Shown here piece by piece: positions 33,200-46,709 of a stretch of 64,000 bases of DNA (position 1 is the first letter of the stretch; the number at the start of each line of letters is the position of its first letter). Under the pieces are notes generated by a model. That model ran no database searches, was not told the origin of the DNA, and worked only from the letters and a program-made list of their open reading frames with translations. Both the position numbers and the translations under genes were made by a program. This DNA is from Squalus acanthias (lineage: Eukaryota): the NCBI GenBank assembly GCA_030390025.1, contig CM059425.1:167092001-167156000 (forward strand). The letters run 5' to 3'.

Positions 33200-35104
33200 T
33201 TATTTGTCAGCTTTCTCTTACGCGTGCTTCTACGTGGTGCTACCCCTGTGGCTTCAGGAGATGTAGAGACAGCCTGCTCACTTCCCTGCTGCGCCTGCTT
33301 ACATGCCTTTGGCAGTCATCCTCTGGGTTTTGGAGCCTGTGAAGGCCCCACCAAAGTCTGCTCCTCCTGCGGCTGCACAGGGGCAGACTCGGCCATCACT
33401 GCTCGGGGAGTCATCTGGGGCTCTGACCGAGGGGTTGGCAAAGGGGGTGGAAGTTTGAACGCTTGGAGAGGAGCCCCCACTTGCATGTCACCTCCCACCA
33501 TCATCCCTCTCATGGGCCACCCGCACTTCTCTGCTAGCAAGTAGCTGGAGAGCACCTTGCTGCACATCAGTGGGGCCATGAGGACCCGTCTCTGTACTGA
33601 CAGTCCTCATAACGGGGACGTCCATGAACCTCTGGTTCCTCTCCACGATGGATGCTGATCTATCCTCCATAGCTGACCATCTATTTAGAAGAGTGACCAG
33701 GTTGTTTTGAGTCTGGCGATTCATGTCCTCCATGGAGGTGGCCACCCTTTCCATGGTGGTACCTACATTTGCCATTGCGTGCACCATGGCATTGCTCATG
33801 TTTGAAATGGACTCCTCCATTCTCTGCACACTTGCAGTTACCGTGGTTGCAAACCCAGTCAGTGCCTCCTGCACTTGTTCCTGAAGCTCCAGCACCACTC
33901 TCTTTCTGGATGGCCCCCGAGGCTCAGTGTTTACATGCAGCTGAGCAGAGATATGAGCGTCCTGCGGCCTCTGATAAGGACTCTCCACTGCTGTCCCTGT
34001 CTCCACCATCTGATCTTGATCACTTGTGACTTTTAATACACCAGGTGACAATACTACTCTGTCTCGCAAATGACCCACCGAGGTGTGCGTCTCTGCGCTG
34101 GTGCTGGGCGTGCTCATTTCTGTTGACGCTGCTCCCTCAGCTTCCTCTGAGGAGTCCTCCTGCTCTTCCTCTTGGACATTAGGGAGGGAGGCTCTTGATG
34201 GTCTTGTGGGAGAGTAAAGACATGAGTTAGACATGTGATATGTAGATTGCAAACACATCCCATTGTGCACATGATGAGCATTCATTTTCTATTGATAGCA
34301 GATCTCATATGTGTCACTCATGACAGCCAAATAAGATTGATAGAGAAGCATTCTGTCACCAGGTTGTTCTACTGAGCCCATCTCTCCGTCCCCCACTTCA
34401 AGCTGTTCCGCTGATCCCGCAATGTCGAGAGCGGCCTCCTCAGCGTGGGTGAGCTGTGAGAAGGATGGTGGTCCTCCTCCTGTTCTCTCCCTCTCCCTCT
34501 TATTGTGGGCTCTCTTTTCTTGCAATGAGGGAAAGAAGTGGAGTTTCAGTGAGAGTGATGGACTGAGTGTAAAGAATGGATAGGATAGATGTTTGGAGGG
34601 AGACTATGATGGAGTGGGGTGCCAATACCAAGTTCCCTCCTTTTGAGTTGTTAGTTGTTGTCATTGCATAACCTTGAAGGTGGGTGTGAGGGGTGCATAG
34701 TTAGATGGGGAAGTGATTCTGTGCATAGGGAGAGAGGGATGGGGGCTGGTGCAAGGGATGTTGGGTTGAGTTAGGGATGTGCAGGGGGAGGGTTGGTAAT
34801 GCAGAGTGATGGGGATGTGATGACAGGCACAGCAGAATTCAGGTCAGTGTGCCTTTATACTCACTTTTCCAGAGTGCAGGAGATCATTGAACCTTTTCCT
34901 GCATTGGACCCAGCTGTGTCTGAACACAGACCTGGCACTGACCTCCTCAGCTATTCGCAACCAGGCTGCCTTTGTCTGCTGAGGAGGTTTCCTTCTTCCA
35001 TCACCTGAGTATAGGACCTCCCGACGTCCTCTGACTCCCTCCACAAGAACATGGAGAGAGTCATCGTTGAAGTGGGGAGTTTATTTTTGTCTCCGTACAG
35101 ACAT
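33200..35104 (-). pseudogene. Harbinger Myb/SANT-like DNA-binding protein, 3 exons, disabled
   Basis: AWLRIAEEV..SWVQCRKRFNDL (exon 1, GTGAGT donor at 34864); RERERTGGGP (exon 2); low-complexity exon 3; in-frame TAA early in exon 1. Confidence 0.85.
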
Positions 35105-36249
35105 CGTGGACAGCACCAGCACTTAGGAGCATTGGAAACGACCTGAGATCTAATTGTGAAATGGCCCTTAAATACACCGGCTGCAAATGCGTCGGCAGAG
35201 CAGCTCAGCAGACTCGCACCTTGTGATCAGGGCGGGTAACGCACACGGCGGGCTTAACGAGCCCAATTAACAGAAAATTGTGTCAGCAGGCCGGCTGGTG
35301 CCGGGAGCGGGACCTGAACCCACCGACTAACATTCCCGACGCCAGCCCGCCTCCAATCGGAAAATCCAGCCCTTGATATTTGCTTCCTCCTATGGGCACT
35401 TCTAATACTCCAGTCAGAAAAGACAGAGCTTTCTGACTGCGGAAGTTTTGATGATTGCTGGCAGTCTTGTTGTGTGATTGGTTAACAGCAGGTGAGCAGA
35501 TAGCCTGAGGTGTTCAGTTTAATGCTAGCAGGTGGCTTTTCCTTATCCTTGTAAAGAGCAAAAACAACATTTTAGATTTGTTTTTTTACAGACCAATGCC
35601 CCTGAAAATCAAATATCACAATAGTGGAGTACAAAAAAAAAGCACCACTGGCAAGCTTGTTATCCAGACTCCACTGATCAAAGAACAAATTATCATGGGG
35701 AGACAGCTGAAGCATTCCAGTGGTCATTACGTATGTGGAATAACCTTTGTAAGAATTGTTCAAATATTATTCTCCAGGTGAAGAGCACTGATAAGAATAT
35801 TATCATAAATCATGAACATAGGAGCTGTTTTATTTTTAAAGCGAATTCAATAGGTTTTAACAATTTCTGGAGCTAGGTTATTAGTGAAAGTTTATTTACA
35901 GATTTAGTCTAGTTATTACGCTGGAGGTGAATTTTCTCAGCGTTTTCAGTGCATTAGCGGTGTATAAACACAATAGGACATTATTTGAACAAGGATAATT
36001 GGGTGGAAGTCACTTCCACCCATTGTGCACCTTTAAAATGCTTCCCCGAGTTCTCTTATGCTTTCTGAGCCTTCGCGTGAGGCCAAGTCCCAGCTGGCTT
36101 TATTTGCTTTTATCAGAGTGAGAGCCAATGGTGTAGCAGCTGTCAATTGCTGCATGGAACCTGCATGTAAGTATAAAGTTTCTCAATCACCCCTTCTTTT
36201 CAGGTGAATACCCATAAGTTGTGGGTCCCACAACTCTGACACCATTGGC

Positions 36250-37160
36250 AGCCTATCCCTCAGCCTCCACTAGGAAGGTGGCACTTTCTCACCCACTATA
36301 CACTCCTCCGAGTCCCTCGTGCTTTGTGAAACATCCGTTACCACATCCTCACTGTGACCATCTAAATTCCCCAGGGTCACAACATGTGAGAGGCTAGCTG
36401 TTTGAGGACACGTGCTATTCCCTGCACACTTGACTCATAGCTCCTCTCAGGAACACATGCTCTACAGCCTACTTGTGCTACAATCAGATTCATAGGTCAA
36501 CTATAATTCTCATTGAGCAGACTACTGGAACCCTCAAGAAGCAATTTGATGCCCGATGGCTTCCTGCAACACATCCCAGAAAGAGTATCCCATATGATAG
36601 TGGTTTGCTGTATCCTTCATAACTTTGCTCTGCAACAGGGACATCACATAGAGCCAGCATTGGAGGAGGACCTTCAGCATGATGAGGGAGAGGACACTGA
36701 TGACATAGGAGATGGCAAGGAAACAGGAGAGTTCCAATAGTTGTTTGCAGCCATAACTCTTCAGCAGCAGCTCGTTGAAGAGCACCTCAGATGAATAGTC
36801 CCTGCTCCCCTACATTAATAATCATGTACAACATTCCCCAGTCCTTCCACACAAAGATTTCAAAAAGGCTTATCATTTTACTGGCTTACACAAATGCCTA
36901 CAAATTAATTATCACCCAAGTGTGAGCTCATAGTGCTACTCTTAAGTCTCTCTTACCTATTCTGGTGCTCCTACGAGGTACTTCCCCAGCATGGGAGGTG
37001 GAAGGCTGCTCTGGCTCAGTCACAGGCTCATGAGATTCTCATGATCAGCGGCCTCTAAGAGCTCGGGACTGAGAGAGCCCGGCTGCAGACTGCAGCAACT
37101 CTGCGGCTACTGAGGCAGTCTGTCTCAACAGGATTTCTGCCACCAGGGCAGGCATTGGTT
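36250..37160 (+). mobile_element. decayed Harbinger transposase C-terminus plus convergent Myb-gene remnant
   Basis: PERVSHMIVVCCILHNFALQQG followed by an acidic tail. Confidence 0.7.
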
Positions 37161-37239
37161 AAGGAAATCATGAGGGTCCAGATGTGCTGTCCTCCTGAGA
37201 GATGGCAACATTTTTCATTCCTATTGCACAATACTAATA

Positions 37240-38010
37240 CATGGAAGATAAGAAATAAATCGAGTGAATTAGAGGCTCAAATACAGCTTAGAGGATATAA
37301 CATGGTGGCCATTACTGAGACATGGCTGCAAGCTGGTCATGTTTGGAAGCTGCAAAAAGGAATACAAAAAGAAACTTGCGAGAAGATTAACACAAATTGT
37401 TTTCACAATTGTATTAGAAGAAAAAGGGTAGTCAAGGGTAATACAAGTCAATTAAAACAGATGGGGTGATATTGGAAATGAAAATAAGGAAATAGCAGAC
37501 TTGTTGAATAGTTACTTTGTGTCAGTCTTCACAGTAGAGGAAGAGGATAATATACCTGACATTCCAGGGAAACGAATAATGAATCAAGGACTGGAACTCA
37601 CTAAAGTTAAAGTAAGCAAGATAACAGTATTAGAAAAAATAATGGCACTAAAGACTGACAAATCTCCAGGACCTGATGGTTTCTACGCTAGGGTTTTAAG
37701 GAAGTAGGTGAGTAGGTAAATTGCAGATGCTTTAGCCATAATCTTCCAAAGCTCTCTCGAGTCAGGGATTGTCCCTTTAGATTGGAAAATTGAAAATGTA
37801 GCTCCATTATTTAAGAACGATGAGAGAAAGAAAATGGAAATGATAGACCTATTAGTCTGGCATCTGTTGTGGGGAAGTTATTGGAATCTGTCATTAAGGA
37901 CAAAATGATTGAGCACTTAGAGAAATTTGAGAGAGCCAATATGGATTTCTAAAGAGCATCTATGGAGGTTGTTTATATGGACTTCCAGAAGGCATTCGAT
38001 AAGGTTACAC
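37240..38010 (+). mobile_element. old CR1 LINE fragments
   Basis: VAITETWL, LNSYFVSVFT, KSPGPDG; continues at ~40720-41130 after the younger inverted CR1. Confidence 0.8.
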
Positions 38011-38019
38011 TTGGAAAAA

Positions 38020-40720
38020 GAAATAGGAGCAGGAGTAGGCTATTCGGCCCTTCGAGCCTGCTCCGCCATTCAATATGATCACGGCTGATCCTCTATCTCA
38101 ATACCATATTCCCCCTCTCTCCCCATACCCCTTGATGCCTTTTGTGTCTAGAAATCTATCTATCACCTTCTTAAATATATTCAGTGACTTGGCCTCCACA
38201 GCCTTCTGTGGTAGAGAATTCCAGTTTCACCACCCTCTGAGTGAAGAAATTTCTCCTCATCTCAGTCCTAAATGTCCTACCCCGTATCCTGAGACTGTGA
38301 CCCCTCATTCTAGAGCCCCCAGCTAAGGAAACATCCTCCCTGCATCTGTCTAGTCCTGTCAGAATTTTATACGTTTCAATGAGATCCCCTCTCATTCTTC
38401 TAAACTCTAGTGAATACAGGCCTAGTCGACCCAATCTCTCCTCATACGACAGTCCTGCCATCCCAGGAATCAGTCTGGTGAACCTTCGCTGCACTCCCTC
38501 CATGGCAAGTATATCCTTTCTTAGGTAAGGAGACCAAAACTGCATACAGTACTCCAGGTGTGGTCTCACCAAGGCCCTGTACAGCTGTAGTAAGACATCC
38601 TTGCTCCTGTACTCAAATCCTCTTGCAATGAAGGCCAACATACCATTTGCCTTCCTAACTGCTTGCTGCACCTGCATGTTTGCTTTCAGTGACTGGTGTA
38701 CAAGGACACCCAGGTCCCTTTGTACATCAGCATTTCCCAATCTATCACCATTTAAATAATACTCTACCTTTCTGTTTTTCCTACCGAAGTGGATAACTTC
38801 ACATTTATCCACATTATACTGCATCTGCCATGTATTTGCCCACTCACTCAACTTGTCTAAATTGCCTTGAAGCCTCTTTGCATCCTCCTCACAACTCACA
38901 ATCCCATCTAGTTTTGTGTCGTCAGCAAACTTGGAAATATTACATTTGGTTCCCTCATCCAAATCATTGATATATATTGTGAATAGCTGGGGCCCAAGCA
39001 TTGATCCCTGCGGTACCCCACTAGTCACCGCCTGCCACCCCGAAAAAGACCCATTTATTTCTTCTCTCTGTTTCCTGTCTGTTAACCAATTTTTAATCCA
39101 TGCCAGTATATTACCCCCAATCCTATGTGCTTTAATTTTGCACATTACCCTCTTATGTGGGACTTTATCAAAGGCCTTCTGAAAATCCAAATACACCACA
39201 TCCACTGGTTCTCCCTTATCTATTCTACCAGTGACATCCTCAAAAAACTCCAGTACGTTTGTCAAACACGATTTCCCTTTCATAAATCCATGTTGACTTT
39301 GTCTAATCCCATTGATATTTTCTAAGTATCCTGTTATCACATCCTTTATAATAGACTCTAGCATTTTCCCTGCTACTGATGTTAGGCTAACCGGTCTGTA
39401 GTTCCCTGTTTTCTCTCTCCCTCCTTTTTTAAATAGTGGGGTTACATTTGCCACCCTCCAATCTGCAGGAACTGTTCCATAATCTATAGAATTTTGGAAG
39501 ATGACAACCAATGCATCCACTATTTCCATGGCTACCTCTTTTAGTACTTTGGGATGCAGATTATCAGGCCCTGGGGATTTATCAGCTTTCTGTCCCTTTT
39601 ATTTCTCCAGCACTATTTTTTACTACTAATTTCCTTTAATTCCTCCTTCTCACTAGACCCTTGGTTCCCTAGCATTTCTGGGAAGTTATTTGTGTCCTCT
39701 TCCGTGAAGACAGAACCAAAGTATTTGTTTAATTTCTCAGCCATTTCCTTGTTCCCCATTATAAATTCTCCCGTTTCTGACTGTAAGGGACCTACATTTG
39801 TCTTCACTAATCTATTTCTTTTTACATACTTGTAGAAGCTTTTACAATCCGCTTTTATGTTCCTTGCAGGTTTACTCTCACACTCTATTTTTCCCCTCTT
39901 AATCAATCTCTTGGTCCTTTTTTGCTGAACTCTAAACTGCTCCCAATCCTCAGGCTTGCTACTTTTTGTGGCAACTTTATATGACTCCTCTTTGGATCTA
40001 ATACTATCCTTAATTCCTTTTATTAGCCATGGTTGGGCTGCTTTTCCTTTTGTGTTTTTGTGCCAGAAAGGAATGTATAACTGTTGCAATTCATGCATTC
40101 GTTCCTTAAATGTTAGCCATTGCCTATCCACCATCATGCCTTTTAATGAAGCTCCCCAGTCTATCATTGCCAACTCACTCCTCATACCATCGTAGTTTCC
40201 TTTGTTTTCATTTCGGACCCTAGTTTCGGATTGGACTTCTTCACTTTCCATTTTAATGAAGAATTCTATCATGTTATGGTCACTCTTCCCTAAAGGACCC
40301 CGCACAACAAGATTATTAATTAACCCCTTCTCATTGCACAATACCCAATCTAGGATAGCCTGTTCCCTAGTTGGCTCCTCAATGTACTGGTCTAATAAAC
40401 CATCTCGTACACACTCCAGGAATTCATCCTCCACAGTATTATTGCTAATTTGGTTTGCCTAGTCCATATGTAGATTAAAGTCACCTATGATTACTGTAGT
40501 ACCCTTGTTACATGCATCTCTAATTTCCTGTTTGATGCCATCCCCTACATTACCACTACTGTTTGGAGGCCTATTGACAACAACCACCTATGTTTTCTGC
40601 CCCTTGGTTCTTCTTAGCTCCACCCAGACTGATTCTACATCTTGATTTTCTGAACCAATATCCTTTCTCACTATTGCTCTGACAAGGCCACCCCACCTCC
40701 TTTCCTTTTTGCCTGTCCTT
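38020..40720 (-). mobile_element. CR1 LINE, ~2.7 kb of ORF2 (endonuclease C-terminus plus RT)
   Basis: LGKSDHNMI, NYRPVSLTS, YLDFQKAFD, KFADD and CR1 3'UTR. Confidence 0.95.
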
Positions 40721-41130
40721 AGGAGACAGTTAGCTAAAATTAAAGCCCATGGATTTGAAGGCAAATTATTGACCTGGTTAGGAGATTGGTTAGGCAATAG
40801 AAGACAGAGAGTAGAGATATGTACTCGAATTGAAAGGATGTAACTAGTGGTATCCCACAAAGATCTGTGCTGGGGCCTCAATTATTCACTATATCTATTA
40901 ATGACTTAGTAACACAATAGAGAGCCATATATCCAAGTTTGCCGATGACACAATGATAGGTGACATAGTAATTAGTGTAGACGGGAGCATAAAATTACAA
41001 AGAGACTTTGATAGATTAAGTGAGTGGGCAAAATTGTGACAGATGGATTTCAACACAGGTAAGGATAGATACGAGTACTTTTTAAATGGTGAAAAACTAG
41101 GAACAGTGGAGGTCCAAATAAATTTAGAAT
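40720..41130 (+). mobile_element. CR1 LINE RT fragment
   Basis: decayed RT motifs (SGIPQRSVLGPQLF, KFADD) on the plus strand. Confidence 0.75.
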
Positions 41131-41169
41131 ATCTCTCTGTTCCTCATGTCTGAGCTTCAACAGTGGATG

Positions 41170-41460
41170 TTGATGAGTTATTCGGCAACAGGGATATTCA
41201 GCCAAGCCAGATCATGCCTTCACCCAATGTCAACACGTGCATACTTTTCACCGGGAATCAGGGGAAATCAATCAGAAGCAGGAATACTGGTTGATTTTTC
41301 TCCTCCCTAACACAGCTACACTAAAGTGAACTGTAGTGACTCCTGCCACTGCTGAAGCCAAGATCAGCTAATTCAGCACAGAAGAGGATTAAACTGGGAC
41401 ATCCCTGCTCTGTTTTGCTGAATATCAGACTGGATCCTACCAACGAATCATTGCGGTAAG
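41170..41460 (-). mobile_element. ancient SINE-like repeat
   Basis: GCTGAATTAGCTGATCTT motif on the minus strand; a related copy lies in opposite orientation at ~42430-42680; family not assigned. Confidence 0.4.
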
Positions 41461-43851
41461 CCCTCCTACCGAGGCAGGCTATTGTGTCCTGTGTTTTTTG
41501 CTTCCTCGTGTCAGCCAAAAAACACACAGAAAAGTTTGACTTTTTCTTCTGATGATGTAATCAGGCCAAATATTCTTTCTCCTGACTGGGTAAAACAAAA
41601 GAGGCCCAAAATTTCACATAGACCCTGGACACATCTTTGGCGTTATCATCAGAGGGAAACCGGCAAATGAAGCAGAGGCTGGTTAGGCCGGGATTCCGCC
41701 CCATGGGGAGGAGGATCAGAAATTCTAGTTGAAGGAAGGGGGGAAATGGCTGATCTTCCGCCGCCCCCCCCCCCCCCACCGCCTCCCCCCACATCAAGGA
41801 GATGTGTCTGGGTGTGTTCCCGGGCTTCTCCAGGAATACCTGCCCAGTACGCCAATTGATAGGCCCAACAGAAACCACGCTGACCCCACTGTATTACTGA
41901 CTCAATGGCCATCTCAGGAAAATATTTAGCCCCTCCTCAGCTCTACTTCCTGCAACAATATTTCTATTCCCTCCTCATCAAAACATCTTGAACCACTGCT
42001 GACAGATATCACCACAGAACATGAAAAAGCAGAGTGCCATTAAACTACTGCGTGCTTCTTCTCCCTTTTGGGCTTGTGCCCAATTGCAGATGCCGCACAC
42101 TTACTGAATGTGGACAGGCTAAAGTCTGCTCAATTCAAGTGTATTTGGCCAGTGCTGCATCTGAGCTGTGCACAGTCAGAGGAGTGGGGAAGAAAAACAA
42201 CCCCATTATTTGTTTATATATTAAATGCACATAGCATCATTTTGAGGACTAAATAACCTAATGTCTCATGCATTAAAATCAATAGAAATAAGTATTTTGT
42301 AGAGACCATGATAAATCCATCGAACATGTTAAGACTCCCCACAGTCCTATGGGATGGTTTTAACCATTCTTTAAGGAAGTTAGGTCACCATATTGAAATC
42401 CCTTCAGCAGGGATTTAGTATCCCTGTGTTGGAGAAGGGAAAAATCAATCAGTGTTCCAGACCTAGATTGTTATACAGCGGCAGTTGTTGGAGAGTTTTG
42501 TGCAAGTGGATGTCAGGTAAGGATATGATTGGGCGGAATGTCTTCCATGGTTAAATAGTCAACCAACACTAATTGTCTAGGTTCATACATGAAGAATGGC
42601 GACTTGGGCAAGGTAGTGGAGGGCTGTTGACACCCACACAATTGTACACCAGTATAAATCAGCACCTTCAGGCAAGGTAATTGGAGATAACAGTAGAATC
42701 CTTGAACAAAAGAAGCTTATATTGAAGTTTTATAGTTTGTCATAAAGTCATTTAACACTTGTATCTGTGACTGAATGCATAGGTATAAAAATGCCTTTTG
42801 AAATTCATTTCCACATTTGAAAGTGAAATGCAGTCTCTGTTAACAGCCGTGTGATAGCAATGCTGTGCTTACGACATTTCCATTGCACCTTGTAATGTGG
42901 AATAATTTTTCAAAAGACTTCTTTATAATTCTGAAAGGCTTTTCCATAATGGAGCTAAACATTTTCAGCACAAAGCTTGGACTCGATGTATTTTATAGAT
43001 GAATCTTGTCTTTGGTTTAGGATTTGATTCAAAACCTGTGAAAGAGCTGCAGCATATTTGGAGTTATATACATCATTTTATGAATTTGTAAAACAGCCCT
43101 TATTCTACAAGTAACCATAGCTTTTAGTTACAGCTGAAAAACACACAACAGAAAATATTGTTTCAAATTATCATTGCTTTGGCAATGTCAAAAATAACCT
43201 GGTAAAACTGTTTAGCATACACCATTCGAAATAAAACTAGAAAAGCCAATCAATTAGTGAGACTCATTTATTCCATGGGATGTATTATCACGTCTATGAC
43301 GTAAGCTCGATGACATGTAAGCATAAAAATTCCTTAGATTTAAGGAGGGGGAAGTGTGGTGGGGCATGACCTCCTCCTGCCACTGTGGCCTGCTATTGAA
43401 CCAGTGCCGTATCCTAGGGACAGGATCATTGAATAATCGGCACCAGAGGAGGCCACGCTGCTGAGAAGGTGGAAAATGGAATGCCACCATGCCATTCCAG
43501 GAGGGACCACCAGAAGCCCAAATTGGGCCAAATAAAAATGGAGAATATAATTTCTTAATGCCAACTTTCTTGAGTTTTTCGATCCCTCTCTTCCTGGGGC
43601 CGTTCGGGAAGCCCAGAATGGACTTATCAGGCGATCTGGGTGGAATTTCTAGATAGCCCAGAATGCCCCCAGATAATCTGCCAAAACTGGCTACTGAGGT
43701 CATGGAGGTCAAGGACCGAACACCCAGTGGATCCAGGTTCCACCTCAAATTGCTGTCCCCCATTAGGAATGAACCTAATTCGGTATCGCCCATTTTGGGG
43801 CGCTAATATCAGCTGGACGCAAAATTTAGCGCCCAGCGCAAATTATCGCCG

Positions 43852-46110
43852 GGGGCAGGTTGGTAGAGGACTTTTGTCTTACAGATGTTTAGTGTAAGGC
43901 CCATGCTCTCGTACGCTTCGGTGAAGGTGTTGATGATGGTTTGGAGTTCGACCTCAGAGTGAGCGCAGACGCAAGCGTCGTCTGCATACTGTAATTCAAT
44001 GACAGAGGATGGGACGACCTTGGATCTGGACTGGAGGCGATGGAGGTTGAACGGTTTCCCGTTTGCTCTGTAGATTAGCTCCACTCCAGCGGGGAGCTTA
44101 CTGAGGGTGAGATGGAGCATTGCAGCAAGGAAGATTGAGAAGAGCGTTGGTGCGATGACACAGCCTTGCTTGACCCCGGTCCATACGTGAATTGGATCTG
44201 TGGTAGATCCGTTGGTCAGGATCACAGCTTGCATGTCGTCGTGAAGCAGGCGGAGAATGGTGACAAACTTTTGAGGTCAGCCAAATTTGAGGATAACACT
44301 TCATAATCCCTCATGGTTGACGGTGTTGAAGGCCTTTGTGAGGTCAAAGAAGGCCATGTACAGCGGTTGGTGCTGTTCCCTGCATTTCTCTTGTAGTTGA
44401 CGCGCGGTGAAGATCATGTCCATTGTACCCCTTAGTGCGCAGAATCCGCATTGCGACTCTGGGAGGAGCTCTTCAGCCACTGGGAGAAGGCGATTGAGGA
44501 AGGTTCTTGCAATGACTTTCCCTGTGGCAGACAGCAGGGAGACTCCTCTGTAATTATCGCAATCGGACTTGTCACCTTTCTTGAAGATGGTCGAAGACAG
44601 AGTCTCAGTTAAGGAGATGTTTGAAGTGCTCCTTCCAGTGGGCACTGACTGCCTCTCTGTCCTTAATGAGTACCTCTCCGTTCTTGGCCCGTAGTGGGGT
44701 AGGACCTTGGGTGCTTGGGCTGTAGGTGGTTTTGACTGCGCTAAAGAATCCACGCACGTCGTGGTTGTCGGCTAGCTGCTGGATCTCCTGCACTTTCTCT
44801 ACCCACCATCTGTTCTTTAGGTCGCGAGTTTTTTGTTGGACCTCGGCCTTCAGGCGTCTGTAGAGCTGCTTTCTTGCTCTCGAGTTATGTTGCTGTTTCC
44901 AGATCAGGAATGACTTGCGCTTGCGGCTTATTAGCTCCTGGGTCTCCTGGTCATTCTTGTCGAACCAGTCTTGGTGTTTCCTGGTCGAGTGACCGAGCGT
45001 CTCTTCACAGGTGCTGATTATGGAGGCCTTGAGTGCAGACCAGGTGCTGTGACACTCTGTGTCTCTGAGTCACTGGGAGTTGTCAGGTTGGTTGTGAGGC
45101 GCAGGCTGAATAGGGCTTTCTTAGCAGGGTCTTTGAGTGCTCCAGCGTTGATTTTCCTGCAGCATTGCTTCTGTTGCCGCCGCTGTTTTGGGGCTACGTT
45201 GATGGATATTAGGCGGTGGTCTGTCCAGCAGTCGTCAGCTCCTGTCATGGCACGGGTGATGCAGACGTCCTTGCGGTCCCTCGCTCGAACAATGACGTAG
45301 TCCAGCAGATGCCAGTGCTTGGAGCGAGGGTGTTGCCATGAAGCTTTGTACTTGTCTCTCCGACGGAACAAGGTGTTGGTTATGACAAGGCCATGTTCTA
45401 AGCATTTCGTCAGGAGGAGGGTACCGTTGGAGTTGGCTTTCCCTACCCCCTCTCTGCCGATCACACCTCCCCAGAGGTCTGTGTCCTTTCCAACTCTGGC
45501 GTTAAAGTCGCCAAGGAGGATCAGCTTGTCACCCGTTGGGACTCGGGACAGGGATTGTTCGAGGTTGGAGTAGAATTCCTCTTTGGTCTCATCTGTAGCT
45601 TCCAGTGTTGGGGCATACGCACTGATAACCGTAGCGCACTGGTTCCCAGCTAGGGTGAGCCGTCGTGTCATGAGGCGTTAGTTTATTCCACAAGGGGAGT
45701 CTCTGAGACGTTCAACTAGCTCATTTTTTATGGCGAAGCCTGCCCCGTGGAGGCGCCGTTCTTCTTCAGGTTTGCCTCTCAGAAGAAGGTGTAACCACCG
45801 CCTTGCTCCTTGAGCTGGCCTTCCCCTGCCCGCCGGGTCTCACTTAGGGCGGCGATGTCTATGTCGAAACGTCTGAGCTCCCGGGCAACGATAACAGTAC
45901 GGCATTCCGGTCTGTCGCTGTTGGGGTTGTCCATGAGGGTCCTGACGTTCCAGGTCCCCAACTTCATTTTAAAGGGTGGAATATGCCTGTGCGAGAAATT
46001 CTTTTAACGTAGGGTGGCCATTGCACACCAGCTACCACACGGGCTTGTAAGAGCAAGGTCTTGGTCCAATGGCAAGGGGATCCAAGACGATTGGAGACCA
46101 GACTCTGCTA
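43852..46110 (-). mobile_element. RTE-clade LINE, endonuclease plus partial RT, 3'-truncated
   Basis: GTWNVRTL, AALSETR, ISAYAPT, LGDFNARVG, TDHRL, FFDLTKAF, GVKQGC, LQYADD. Confidence 0.93.
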
Positions 46111-46239
46111 CATCGGCCTAGCACACACACACAAACATACTCCTACTGTCCACCTCCCTCCTTCCCGCAGGTCCTCTCTGCCTGGGTTTCATAGGCTGCA
46201 GTTTGGTCCTCCCGACCCCGCTGCTGATTCACGCTGCAC

Positions 46240-46430
46240 CACTCCTGGGCCTCGACCTCGCTGTTGGGCTCATCCTTGCTCCTGGGTCCCGTCCTCGCTG
46301 CTGGGCTCATCCTTGTCCCTGGGCCTCGTCCTCGCCCCTGGGCCTCGTCCTCGCCCCTGGGTCCCGACCTCGCTCCTGGGCCTCGACCTCGCTCCTGGGC
46401 ACCGTCCTCGCCCTTGGGTCCCGACCTCCT
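46240..46430. repeat. 20-bp tandem repeat (CCTGGGCCTCGTCCTCGCC-like)
   Basis: about 9 imperfect copies. Confidence 0.8.
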
Positions 46431-46709
46431 TATAGTGTGTCTCCTTCCAGTGAGTGTGTCCCATGGTGTCTCCTTTCAGGGTGAGTAGATGCATGAAATA
46501 CCTCTACATCCCACCATCTGAACCTCACTCTGTGCACAGACAGAGTAAATTCCCACATCCCTAACACTCACCCAACATCTATGCCCATCTACTAAAAGTC
46601 ACATGCACTTCTCACACCTTGCACACATTAACGGCTATTCAACTATGGTCGGCACATCTGCCAAACACATGGCTGCCCACTCACTCACACGCTGTCCTTT
46701 ATCTTGCAG

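Larger units (their letters stand above)
31718..35372. mobile_element. internally deleted PIF/Harbinger transposon (Myb/SANT gene only)
   Basis: termini GGCCACGATTTT and AAAATCCAGCCC, flanked by TTG/TTG; contains a Myb-like gene and a nested MITE. Confidence 0.7.

Noticed and set aside
43254..43793. 179-aa minus-strand ORF
   Set aside because: no motifs; overlaps transposon-end-like sequence
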